DNA from: a virus
Lineage: Duplodnaviria > Caudoviricetes
DNA: 64,000 nt
Direction: 5' to 3' (one strand)
IMG/VR virus record: IMGVR_UViG_3300028591_000183
Location: 1 to 64,000 of that record
The position numbers were made by a program, and so were the translations under genes. The notes beneath the pieces were generated by a model that saw only the letters and a list, made by a program, of their open reading frames with translations, searched no databases and was not told the DNA's origin. Below, piece by piece: positions 20,912-29,035 of this stretch. The stretch's first letter is position 1. The number at the start of each line of letters is the position of its first letter.

Positions 20912-21031
20912 GAAAAATGAACTGAAATTGAAATGAATTAAACTTTTTGGCTTGAAAAAGTGTAATTCAAACAGAAAAATTGGTTGAAAAAGTGGCATAA
21001 AAAAAATGAATTAAACTAAGGAGGTGTTGTT

Positions 21032-21286
21032 ATGGAATTAAGAGATACTGTTGATTTGATGTTGAGTGATGACTACAAGGATAGATTTAAGGCTGAGTAT
21101 CTACAGCTTAAAATCAGATATGAGAAACTTAAGGTGATGTTAGATAAGTGGGACAATGACGAATTGGATTTCACACCTACTTGTCCAAGAGAAATTTATG
21201 ACGAACAGATAGATGGAATGGAAACCTATCTTGATGTGCTTGTAGACAGGGCAAATATAGAAGGAATTGATTTGTCGGATTTCTAA
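21032..21286 (+). CDS. crAss001_48-related protein
   Basis: M.SDDYKDRFKAEY.QL.IRY.KL motif. Confidence 0.75.
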   Translation: MELRDTVDLMLSDDYKDRFKAEYLQLKIRYEKLKVMLDKWDNDELDFTPTCPREIYDEQIDGMETYLDVLVDRANIEGIDLSDF

Positions 21287-21362
21287 TCTTCCTTCTAATC
21301 CAATTTGTTATTTTGATGTGTAACAGGTTGAAACAAAGAATAAATAAAATCAAAGAAAACCC

Positions 21363-21391
21363 TTGACACATCTAACAAATTGATATAAACT
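21363..21391 (+). promoter_or_regulatory. sigmaA promoter
   Basis: TTGACA-17-TAAACT. Confidence 0.55.
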
Positions 21392-21413
21392 GAAACACGT
21401 TGACACATGATTT

Positions 21414-21460
21414 ATCGCCCTTTCACGGCGGTAACACGAGTTCGATTCTCGTCGGAGTCA
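21414..21460 (+). mobile_element. attP core: 3' half of tRNA-Glu(TTC)
   Basis: ATCGCCC-TTTCAC-GGCGGTAACACGAGTTCGATTCTCGTCGGAGTCA gives the anticodon arm, T arm and 3' acceptor strand. The 5' half is absent. Confidence 0.8.
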
Positions 21461-21470
21461 TATTGAAAAT

Positions 21471-21508
21471 AAAGGCTTAACCAAGCGGATTCGCAGGGTT
21501 GAGCCTTT
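21471..21508 (+). terminator. terminator downstream of the tRNA fragment
   Basis: AAAGGCTT...GAGCCTTTT followed by a T-rich tail. Confidence 0.6.
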
Positions 21509-21774
21509 TGTTTTTCTTGATGTTATTTAACCTAAAATTTTGCATTTCTTGTCTTTTTTCTAGTCTGTTTTTATGTTACAATATCTTTAGAATAGATTTG
21601 GGGACACCTCACATCCGTTCGGGCAGGTATGAGATATCTGCCCTCCTTTCTAAAAGTCAACAGGTTCATGTTTTTTATCATCAAGGGCGGTATTCGGCAC
21701 AAGTACCGCCCCTCCTTTCTAAAATAAAAGCGAACGAGAAATTTTCCGTTCGCTTTTCGTTCGTTATGCGGTTG

Positions 21775-21957
21775 TTACTTCCCACTTCCCACTTCTTTGT
21801 CTTTAGGCACTTCTCGTTTCCCGAAATAAAGTCGTTCCATTTTATCACGATTTGCTTTCTGCATTGTTTCAGCGTATTGTGCGTCATCCATAGCTTCTTT
21901 CAGCCTTTGCGCTGTTATATCCCTGTCATTGTCATAGTTTATCTGCCTTTTATTCAT
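21775..21957 (-). pseudogene. probable cI N-terminus / integrase C-terminus fusion (deletion scar)
   Basis: A 60-aa ORF occupying both the cI position (divergent from cro) and the int position (next to attP). Confidence 0.55.
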
Positions 21958-21989
21958 ATCGTTTACCTCTAACCCTATTATACTCTAAT

Positions 21990-22065
21990 GTTTACATTTA
22001 GTAAAATAAAATTTAATCAAAAATAAAAAATAATCCTTGACAAAAAAGTTTATTGCAAATAAACT
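21990..22065. promoter_or_regulatory. cro promoter TTGACA-17-TAAACT (22037-22065) with GTTTA-N7-TAAAM operators
   Basis: Operator-like sites at 21990-22006 and 22048-22064, with a third at 22345-22361. Confidence 0.75.
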
Positions 22066-22107
22066 AGACTTATCTTGAAAAATTCGATTCAAGGGAAAGG
22101 AGTAGAA

Positions 22108-22344
22108 ATGGTAGCAGAAAATCCTATTGTTCGTGATGATTTCCTATACCCGAAACTTAGAGGACGTATAGTTGAAAAATTTCAGAACGTAGCTAACTTT
22201 GCAAGAACTATCGGCGTAGAGCCTAATGTCATATCACGGAAACTTAGTGGTAAGATTGGTCTTACAAAGAATGACATTAAGCTATGGAGCAATCTGTTAG
22301 AGATACCACTTGAAGAAATCGGTATATATTTTTTTACAGATTGA
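22108..22344 (+). CDS. Cro-like HTH repressor (DUF739 type)
   Basis: Y.KLRGRIVEKF...FA..IG.....ISRKL.GK...EIG.YFF. Confidence 0.85.
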   Translation: MVAENPIVRDDFLYPKLRGRIVEKFQNVANFARTIGVEPNVISRKLSGKIGLTKNDIKLWSNLLEIPLEEIGIYFFTD

Positions 22345-22365
22345 GTTTATCAAACATAAACAGGT

Positions 22366-22551
22366 GTGCTTATGAAAAAGTTTATTACTGTAGCTGAACT
22401 GCATGAATTAACGGGGCTTAGTGTTCACACAATAAGAAACCGTGTTCAAAAAGGCACTTACAAGACTCTTACTAGAAGCTCTAAGAATGAAAAAATTTTG
22501 ATTTACTACGATTCGATATTTGCTGATGGAGAGTTGAAACAGACGGAATGA
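22366..22551 (+). CDS. excisionase-like winged-HTH protein
   Basis: FITVAELHELTGLSVHTIRNRV. Confidence 0.7.
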   Translation: MLMKKFITVAELHELTGLSVHTIRNRVQKGTYKTLTRSSKNEKILIYYDSIFADGELKQTE

Positions 22552-22557
22552 GGGGAA

Positions 22558-23109
22558 ATGAAAAGGTTTATCGGACTATTGATGTGTCTGCTTCTGATAG
22601 CAGGATGTTTGTCCGTATCTCAAACAGACGAGGGAGATGAAAAGGTAGCAGTTGTTGATACTAAGAAAATTGAATATTTGACAGATGAACAACTTTCACT
22701 TCTTTATTCCTGTAAGCAGGATATCAGAAAAAAGGATGATTCTATCGTTGAATTATCGCAATCCGATGCATGGCTGTTGATGCAGGTTGGCAGATGTGAG
22801 GGTGGAGCTTCTTTAATCGGACAGATGTGGGCTATGAGAACCATCTTAAACCGATTAGATGCAGGATGGTCTGATTCTCTGTTAGGCGTTCTTACAATGG
22901 ATAACCAATTTGAGGTTATTTCAAGCGGAAAGTACAAGAGTGCAGATATCAATGTTGAAACTCATTTGGCTTTGGCTTGTATCGAGAGCGGTTGGGATGA
23001 CACCGAAGGAGCTTTGTATTGGGAATCCAATACTAATTCAGATGAATCATGGCACAAGAAGAATCTAACGTTCATCAAAGAAGTTGCAGGAAACATTTAT
23101 TACAGGTAA
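22558..23109 (+). CDS. SleB/Hydrolase_2-family cell wall hydrolase with N-terminal signal
   Basis: RCEGG...TILNRL...NQFE pattern. Confidence 0.8.
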   Translation: MKRFIGLLMCLLLIAGCLSVSQTDEGDEKVAVVDTKKIEYLTDEQLSLLYSCKQDIRKKDDSIVELSQSDAWLLMQVGRCEGGASLIGQMWAMRTILNRLDAGWSDSLLGVLTMDNQFEVISSGKYKSADINVETHLALACIESGWDDTEGALYWESNTNSDESWHKKNLTFIKEVAGNIYYR

Positions 23110-23344
23110 CTAGAAATATTTGTCTGTATCATTGGTGGGTTGTTACCCATCAATGTATTAATCCTTTCAGAAAGAAAACAAAATTATAAAGTTTCCGTGC
23201 CTAGCCATACCCAACTAAGTCAATTAACATGATGGCTCTAATAGCACATACTATAAAGAACAGGACAATATAGGACAATACAGGAAAAGACAGGACAAGA
23301 CAATATATAAAAAATTAACAACTCACCTGTGATGCAGACAAATA

Positions 23345-23378
23345 AAAAGCGATTAAGTTCGCACCTTAACCGCTTTTA
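23345..23378. terminator. hairpin terminator
   Basis: AAAAGCG(A)TTAAG...CTTAACCGCTTTT. Confidence 0.6.
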
Positions 23379-23456
23379 GGAGTTGGAATTACTATCAGTA
23401 TGATTTCTAACTCCGATTCTAACACATTATTTCAAATTAGAAAAGGAGAAAAAATT

Positions 23457-24128
23457 ATGGCAACAAAGAAAACAGAAAGTAACGTATTTGAGATTAAACC
23501 CTTGGATATTCAGAAGTTATCAATTCGTATTAAGGGTGACTCGCCATTGATTGTTCACGCTTGGAGCGAAAAAGCAAAAAAACAAATTCTTGATAAACAG
23601 ATGAAGATTACAAAAACTTCTGCGAAAGAAGCACGAAATCCATATCGAGAGTTTATTGATTCAATGTATTGGCTTACGCCAAAGCCCGAAGCTACACCCG
23701 ATGCGTTTGCAGAAGCCGTAAAGAATGGCGCAAAGTGGGGTTTTCCTGTGACGGGAATTAAGCAAAGTGCTAATTCAACAGCATACAGACTTGGTTGGAC
23801 TCCTAATCAAACCATGCTTAGATGCGCTTATTTTATAGAGAGTGAGTATGGAGAATTGTTTGAAATCAAGGGTTCAATTCCCGAAATACGTGAAGATAAC
23901 GTCACAATCGGCATGGGAACTGCGGATTTGCGTTATCGTGCAGAATATAAAGATTGGTATGCAGATATTGTTGTAAGTTATAACAGGTCGGGTGCATTAA
24001 CACTTGAACAGATACTTAACATAATCAACGCAGGTGGCTATTCGTGCGGACTTGGCGAATGGAGAGCCGAAAAAGACGGTATTTTTGGGCGTTATCATAT
24101 TGAGTCTAGCAACACTATTAGCGATTAA
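23457..24128 (+). CDS. Cas7/RAMP-like RNA-binding protein; candidate effector of the adjacent pentamer array
   Basis: N-terminal strand IKGDSPLIVH, DLRYRAEY..W, and a C-terminal Gly-rich loop GLGEWRAEKDGIFGRY. The fold is inferred, not searched. Confidence 0.7.
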   Translation: MATKKTESNVFEIKPLDIQKLSIRIKGDSPLIVHAWSEKAKKQILDKQMKITKTSAKEARNPYREFIDSMYWLTPKPEATPDAFAEAVKNGAKWGFPVTGIKQSANSTAYRLGWTPNQTMLRCAYFIESEYGELFEIKGSIPEIREDNVTIGMGTADLRYRAEYKDWYADIVVSYNRSGALTLEQILNIINAGGYSCGLGEWRAEKDGIFGRYHIESSNTISD

Positions 24129-24135
24129 GCGATTT

Positions 24136-24568
24136 GGCAGTTTTGGTATGGTTCTCTATGGTGGGTTTTGTTATGGTTACGTTGGTTTTGGCAGTTATGG
24201 TGCGTTATGTTGCGTTAAGGAAAGGTGCGCTATGGCGGGATTTGGTAAGGCAGTTAAGGCGAGGTGCGGTTAGGTATGGTAGTTTCGGGTTTGTTAAGTT
24301 GAGGTATGGTGAGTTATGGCAGTTACGGCACGTTAAGTTCAGTTGAGGTAAGTTCAGTTTCGGTGAGGTTTGTTATGGTATGGCAGTTTTGGTGGGTCAT
24401 GTTATGGCAGGGTCTTGTACGGTCTTGTTAGGTTTGTTGGGATAAGGCAGTTAAGGTTAGGTGAGTCGAGGTTTGTTTAGTCGAGGTTAGGTGAGTTGTT
24501 GCAGTTATGGTGTGTTTAGGTAGATTTGGGTAAGTTATGATTAGGTCAGTTTAGGCAAGGCGTGGTTC
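24136..24568 (+). ncRNA. array of seven GGCA-delimited units of G(G/T)Y-NN pentamers; candidate guide RNAs
   Basis: Units start at 24136, 24190, 24249, 24318, 24382, 24446 and 24500, with lengths 4+5n and 81 pentamers in total. Confidence 0.8.
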
Positions 24569-24595
24569 TTATTAAATTTAAAAAGGAGTTTGGAT

Positions 24596-25090
24596 ATGGT
24601 TTATTCATGGAAAACATTTCAATATTCTGTTTCTGCTGATGTTGCAGGAAAAGAATTTGAAAAGATTGAAAAAAAATACGGGAAAGTTACATCGGAACTG
24701 CTTTTGCAAAACGCAGAACCTATAGAATCCCCACTACATGAGCTTTTCGAGTGGGATGATGCTGTAGCAGGTCGTAAATACCGACTTTCACAGGCTACAA
24801 ATATTATCATCAATCTTGCTGTAGAGGTTGAAAAGGAACAGAAACCTAAGAAAATCCGTGCGTATTATAACGTGAGTGATACCGAGAAAAAGGGACGTTT
24901 TATTAACGCTGAAACAGCATTTTCAAATCCCGATACAAAAGAAATTATTCTGAAAAGAGCTTATCGTGAAATGCAATCTTTTGTGCAGAAATACGAGAAC
25001 CTTACAGAATTTGCGCCTGTATTTAAGGCGATAGAATCAATCAAAAAAGACATATTAGGAGATGAAGCAGATGAACAACTTGAAGATTGA
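24596..25090 (+). CDS. conserved phage protein directly downstream of the array
   Basis: AAGGAG RBS; SPLHELFEWDDAVAGRKYRLSQA motif. Confidence 0.75.
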   Translation: MVYSWKTFQYSVSADVAGKEFEKIEKKYGKVTSELLLQNAEPIESPLHELFEWDDAVAGRKYRLSQATNIIINLAVEVEKEQKPKKIRAYYNVSDTEKKGRFINAETAFSNPDTKEIILKRAYREMQSFVQKYENLTEFAPVFKAIESIKKDILGDEADEQLED

Positions 25091-25889
25091 ACAACAGCAG
25101 GGACTTATCACCACTAACCTTGACGCTATCGAAACTGAAATAAAAGAAAAGATGGCTGAATACAAGGATTATGTAGTCAGCGAGGATTCGATTAAGTCCG
25201 ACAAAAAGGTTTTAGCAGATTTGCGTAAGACCAAAAAGGAACTTGATGACGCAAGGAAAGAAGTCAAAAAGGCTTGGTTAGAGCCGTATGAGAAGTTTGA
25301 GGAACGCTGTAAGGCAGTAATAGCCTTGGTTGACGAGCCTATCAACCTCATAAATGACCAATTAAAGCTGTTTGACGAAGAACGTGTCGCAAGAAAACGT
25401 GAACACGTCAAAGAACTTTATGACGAAGTTATGAGCAAGCAAGGCTTAGAGCGTTTTTTGCCACTTGAAAAAATCTACGATTCAAAGTGGGATAACGTTT
25501 CTGTAAAAGACCAAGATATCCTGTTTGATATTGACGGGATGGTGCTGAAAGTCAAGAACGACTTAACAGCTATTAGAGCTTTAAACTCTGAAATCGAAGA
25601 CGAGTGTATTGAAACTTATTTGAGATTCAATAACGACTTGTCAATGGCGATTCAGAGAAATTCACAGTATCTTGCAGATAAACAGAAGATTGCTGAACAG
25701 GCTAAAGAAGTGGCTAATCCCGAACCTCAAACAGAAGTAGTTGAGGAAACTCCTAAGTCTGCACCATTACAGCAGTTGGATGACCTTGCTAAGACTATCC
25801 GTATGCACCACTTCATTGTAAGCGAAGCAGATGCAGAGGAAGTTAGAAACTTGCTTAATTTAAGCGGAATAACATTTAGGGAGGAATAA
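25071..25889 (+). CDS. DUF1351 family coiled-coil protein
   Basis: ITTNLDAIE...KK..A.LRK.KK.LDD.RK.VKK pattern, located before ERF. Confidence 0.8.
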   Translation: MNNLKIEQQQGLITTNLDAIETEIKEKMAEYKDYVVSEDSIKSDKKVLADLRKTKKELDDARKEVKKAWLEPYEKFEERCKAVIALVDEPINLINDQLKLFDEERVARKREHVKELYDEVMSKQGLERFLPLEKIYDSKWDNVSVKDQDILFDIDGMVLKVKNDLTAIRALNSEIEDECIETYLRFNNDLSMAIQRNSQYLADKQKIAEQAKEVANPEPQTEVVEETPKSAPLQQLDDLAKTIRMHHFIVSEADAEEVRNLLNLSGITFREE

Positions 25890-25894
25890 AAAGT

Positions 25895-26647
25895 ATGAAC
25901 GTGTATGAAAAGTTATTGGTTGTACAAAAGAAGCTAAACGCCCCCAAATCGAAGTTCAATAAGTTTGGGGGATACAACTATCGTTCTTGCGAAGATATTT
26001 TGGACGGTGTGAAACCTTTACTTGTTGAGGTTAAAGCCACATTATTCATGACCGATGATGTGGTTCAGATAGCAGAGAGAATCTATGTAAAGACCACGGC
26101 TAAGTTTGTTGACATTGAAAGCGGAGAAGCCGTTGAAAACACGGCATTTGCAAGAGAACCTTTGGCTATGAAGGGCATGGCAGACAGCCAAATTACAGGA
26201 GCATCTTCCACTTATGCTAGAAAGTATGCGCTAAATGGACTTTTCTGCATTGATGATACTGTAGACGAGGACACAAGCGAAGTATCTGATGAAGAAAGAA
26301 AAAAGGCTGAACAGGCTAAGAAACAGGCTGATAAAGAAGCCCAAGATAAGCAAAAAGCTCAAAGACAGGAGCAGATAAAGAATGAGCAGGATGCTCAAAA
26401 GACGGATGAACAGAAAAATCAAGAAATGATAAATTCTGTAGACCCTAGACTTCTTCCTACCGAGGATGATGTTATGTCAAGGGCGCAGTATGACTTCTTG
26501 ATGGAGCAGATTCAGCGTACAGGAGCGCATGATGATGTTGTTAAGTACGCTAAAACAGATGATTTAAGCAAGCTCAATTCTAAGAAGTGCGTGGCTATTC
26601 TTATCGGACTTTTGAAACGCCCTACTAAGGAGCAGACTAATGGCTGA
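25895..26647 (+). CDS. erf: ERF-family single-strand annealing protein
   Basis: NAPKSKFNKFGGYNYRSCEDIL and QITGASSTYARKYALNGLF. Confidence 0.9.
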   Translation: MNVYEKLLVVQKKLNAPKSKFNKFGGYNYRSCEDILDGVKPLLVEVKATLFMTDDVVQIAERIYVKTTAKFVDIESGEAVENTAFAREPLAMKGMADSQITGASSTYARKYALNGLFCIDDTVDEDTSEVSDEERKKAEQAKKQADKEAQDKQKAQRQEQIKNEQDAQKTDEQKNQEMINSVDPRLLPTEDDVMSRAQYDFLMEQIQRTGAHDDVVKYAKTDDLSKLNSKKCVAILIGLLKRPTKEQTNG

Positions 26648-27224
26648 GTTTACAGGAAATGCGTTACAAATCGTATCTTTTCTGATGGGTGATGGGGTAG
26701 ATAAAAGTGCTTTATGGGATTTATCTACCCATAAAGAAGCCCATACAAACCAACAGAGAAAATATTTCCACAGGCTTGTTGGACTTTTGGCAAGAGGTGA
26801 ACAGCAAACCTTTAATGAGAAGAAAAACGAGCTTATAAGACATTACGGAAACCAAAAATTTCTTTTCGACAAGGAAGGTAAGCCCGTAGTGGTTTATCTT
26901 CCCGATAACGACAACTACAAATATTCTGAAAGCCATTATTATCCACTAAATTATGGTGGAAAAGTGCAAAACGATAAAGGCAGGGGAATAGTTGTAAGAG
27001 CTTTTCTTCAATTAGAGGGAACAAGTCGCTACAACATCAAGGAATACTTGGAACTTATAGATGGTACAAGAAATGAGTGTCTAGGCTCGGGTATCCCAAT
27101 GAGCGAAGTGGAAACCTTTGAGGAAAAAAGGCTTATGGATATGTTGCGATTACAGGCTGAAAAAGAGGAAAAGAAAAACAATGGGGCAGAGGGAACTAAG
27201 CAAGAGCATAATCCCGAACAATGA
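26640..27224 (+). CDS. NinB-like recombination protein
   Basis: QQRKYFHRLV and GTSRYNIKEYLELIDG motifs; position next to ERF. Confidence 0.55.
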   Translation: MAEFTGNALQIVSFLMGDGVDKSALWDLSTHKEAHTNQQRKYFHRLVGLLARGEQQTFNEKKNELIRHYGNQKFLFDKEGKPVVVYLPDNDNYKYSESHYYPLNYGGKVQNDKGRGIVVRAFLQLEGTSRYNIKEYLELIDGTRNECLGSGIPMSEVETFEEKRLMDMLRLQAEKEEKKNNGAEGTKQEHNPEQ

Positions 27225-27483
27225 CGAGTATTGCTATCTTTGTAAGCAGGTTGGGCGATACATCGAGGGAACTGATTCTCACCACATGTTATTTGGAAAC
27301 AAAAAAGCATTTGCGGATAAAGATGGTTTAACCATTCAGCTTTGCCATAGACACCACATGCGATTACACCAACAGCAGGAACATCAATTAGAGTTGAAAC
27401 AACTAGCAGAGCGTGTGTGGTTAGAGCATTACAACAAAACTATTGATGATTGGATAGAGAGGTACGGGAAGAATTTCCTGTAA
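27181..27483 (+). CDS. HNH-like Zn nuclease
   Basis: CYLC...HHMLFG...LCHRHH. Confidence 0.7.
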   Translation: MGQRELSKSIIPNNDEYCYLCKQVGRYIEGTDSHHMLFGNKKAFADKDGLTIQLCHRHHMRLHQQQEHQLELKQLAERVWLEHYNKTIDDWIERYGKNFL

Positions 27484-27804
27484 ATGGGAAAAGGAATGAT
27501 TAAGTGTGATAAAGGCGTAATTGAAATCAAAGGAACTTCTGCACAGTTACTTTCAGAAGCTATAGGCATCCTTAAATCTCTTGTTGCAGATAAAGTAATA
27601 GAACCAATGGGCGTTATGGCTATAGCGAGTATTGTTTTAGAAGATGCAGGATTTAAGGTTGTTCGTGGGACAGAAGAAGATTTAAAGAGAATCTTTGAAG
27701 AAACGTTAGATGATGATGACGATTCGGATGATTCGGATGACTCAGATGATTCAGATGGATTTGATGAAGATGATATTTTCAAATTCTTAAGAGGTGACAA
27801 ATGA
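27484..27804 (+). CDS. hypothetical protein with an acidic DDS-repeat tail
   Basis: Tandem 9-bp GATTCGGAT-like repeats at about 27712-27770. Confidence 0.65.
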   Translation: MGKGMIKCDKGVIEIKGTSAQLLSEAIGILKSLVADKVIEPMGVMAIASIVLEDAGFKVVRGTEEDLKRIFEETLDDDDDSDDSDDSDDSDGFDEDDIFKFLRGDK

Positions 27805-28208
27805 GTAGTCTAAGCATTGGAAATATGCAGGATATGATAAACGACTTTTCAAGTGGGCTATACAACTTCACTAAGGACGGAAAATGTAGTGAATGCGGTT
27901 CATGTTGTTCACGCTATCTTGCCATGAATCAGAAGGAAATCAATACCATCCGAGAGTATATCAAAAGGCATGGGATAAAACAGCAGAAACACGCTATTTT
28001 CGTGCATAAAGACCCGCTTTTTGATGCGACCTGCCCGTTTTTGGATGACACAAAACCAAACCATAAGTGCCTTATCTATCCCGTAAGACCGCTTATCTGT
28101 AGGGAATTTCGGTGCGACAAGTGGCATGAAATAGATAAGGACAGCGTGTTATATAAGTCTAATTTACACCCTGTAGATGTGACAGAGGTGTTCTTTGGAA
28201 AAGGTTGA
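27801..28208 (+). CDS. YkgJ-family CxxCxxCC Fe-S/Zn protein
   Basis: CSECGSCC...CPFL...C.IYPVRPLICR. Confidence 0.85.
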   Translation: MSSLSIGNMQDMINDFSSGLYNFTKDGKCSECGSCCSRYLAMNQKEINTIREYIKRHGIKQQKHAIFVHKDPLFDATCPFLDDTKPNHKCLIYPVRPLICREFRCDKWHEIDKDSVLYKSNLHPVDVTEVFFGKG

Positions 28209-28338
28209 AACACCGAGGGGAATCCCTAAAAGAAACTACTCCTAATTGGCTCAAAATAAGGAATTATCACAGGATTCTATCAAAACTATTTGTGAAAGCC
28301 ATTGTAAAATCCGATGGCTTTATCAGAGCCATCGGTGA

Positions 28339-28698
28339 TTGGAGGTGTTAATGAATCCTTTATACAGATTTTACTTGGATGAAGAAACAGGAGAGATTAC
28401 TAGAACTGTAATCGATAATTACCATACGGTTCATCCATCTAAATATCTTCCAAACAAAGTACATTACGTGTACAGGAATAAGAATGGAATCAGCCATGAT
28501 GTTCATGGTGAAAACATAGATAAATTCGTGAATTGGCAGGTCTACTCATTTTCTGAAAGCGAAGAAAATGCAAGGGCTGTTATCTTAGATAATTTAAGAA
28601 TGCGCTACAAGAAAGCGATTTTGGATACTAAGAGATTTGCTACTGTAATTGACAAGTTAGGGGGATTTGGAAATGGGGAAAATCAACAGCAAAGCTAA
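28339..28698 (+). CDS. hypothetical protein
   Basis: GGAGG RBS. Confidence 0.65.
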   Translation: MEVLMNPLYRFYLDEETGEITRTVIDNYHTVHPSKYLPNKVHYVYRNKNGISHDVHGENIDKFVNWQVYSFSESEENARAVILDNLRMRYKKAILDTKRFATVIDKLGGFGNGENQQQS

Positions 28699-29035
28699 AG
28701 GTGCTAGGTATGAAAGAGAGTTAGCATCTAAGCTATCAGATTATGGTTATGATGCAAGAAGAACAGCACAGTATTGTGGTAATACAGGTGATGCATCTGA
28801 TGTTATTGGGTTAGACGGGATACACATAGAAGCTAAACATCAAGAAAAAATCAGTATCTATGATTGGATGGCACAGGCTATTCATGATAGCGGAGAGAAC
28901 GGGAAAGGAAATCTCCCTGCTGTATTTTTCAGAAAAAACAATGCGGAAACTTTAGTTTGCATGAGATTAGAAGATTGGATTCAACTCTATAGAGAGTGGG
29001 ATTCGTCTAACAAGATTGGGAGAAAAGATGGTTAA
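28673..29035 (+). CDS. PD-(D/E)XK Holliday-junction resolvase-like nuclease
   Basis: SKAKGARYERELA...SDV...HIEAK. Confidence 0.85.
   Translation: MGKINSKAKGARYERELASKLSDYGYDARRTAQYCGNTGDASDVIGLDGIHIEAKHQEKISIYDWMAQAIHDSGENGKGNLPAVFFRKNNAETLVCMRLEDWIQLYREWDSSNKIGRKDG

Noticed and set aside
21414-21460. Functional tRNA-Glu
   Set aside because: The 5' acceptor strand and D arm are missing.
21499-21972. 157-aa plus-strand ORF and other antisense ORFs in the track (e.g. 34836-35348, 42373-42858, 58271-58753)
   Set aside because: No RBS, atypical composition, and they overlap better-supported genes or regulatory sites.
24034-24346. ORFs 24034-24273 and 24134-24346 over the pentamer array
   Set aside because: Low-complexity translations with no RBS. 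A 5-nt period is incompatible with codon structure, and the T/G-rich tract is stop-poor by composition.
24136-24568. Canonical CRISPR array or simple microsatellite
   Set aside because: There is no 23-47-bp repeat with contiguous spacers, and the variable dinucleotides are non-repetitive with regular GGCA punctuation.
27712-27770. 9-bp tandem repeat as a regulatory array
   Set aside because: It is in frame and explained by the acidic DDS tail of ORF 27484-27804.
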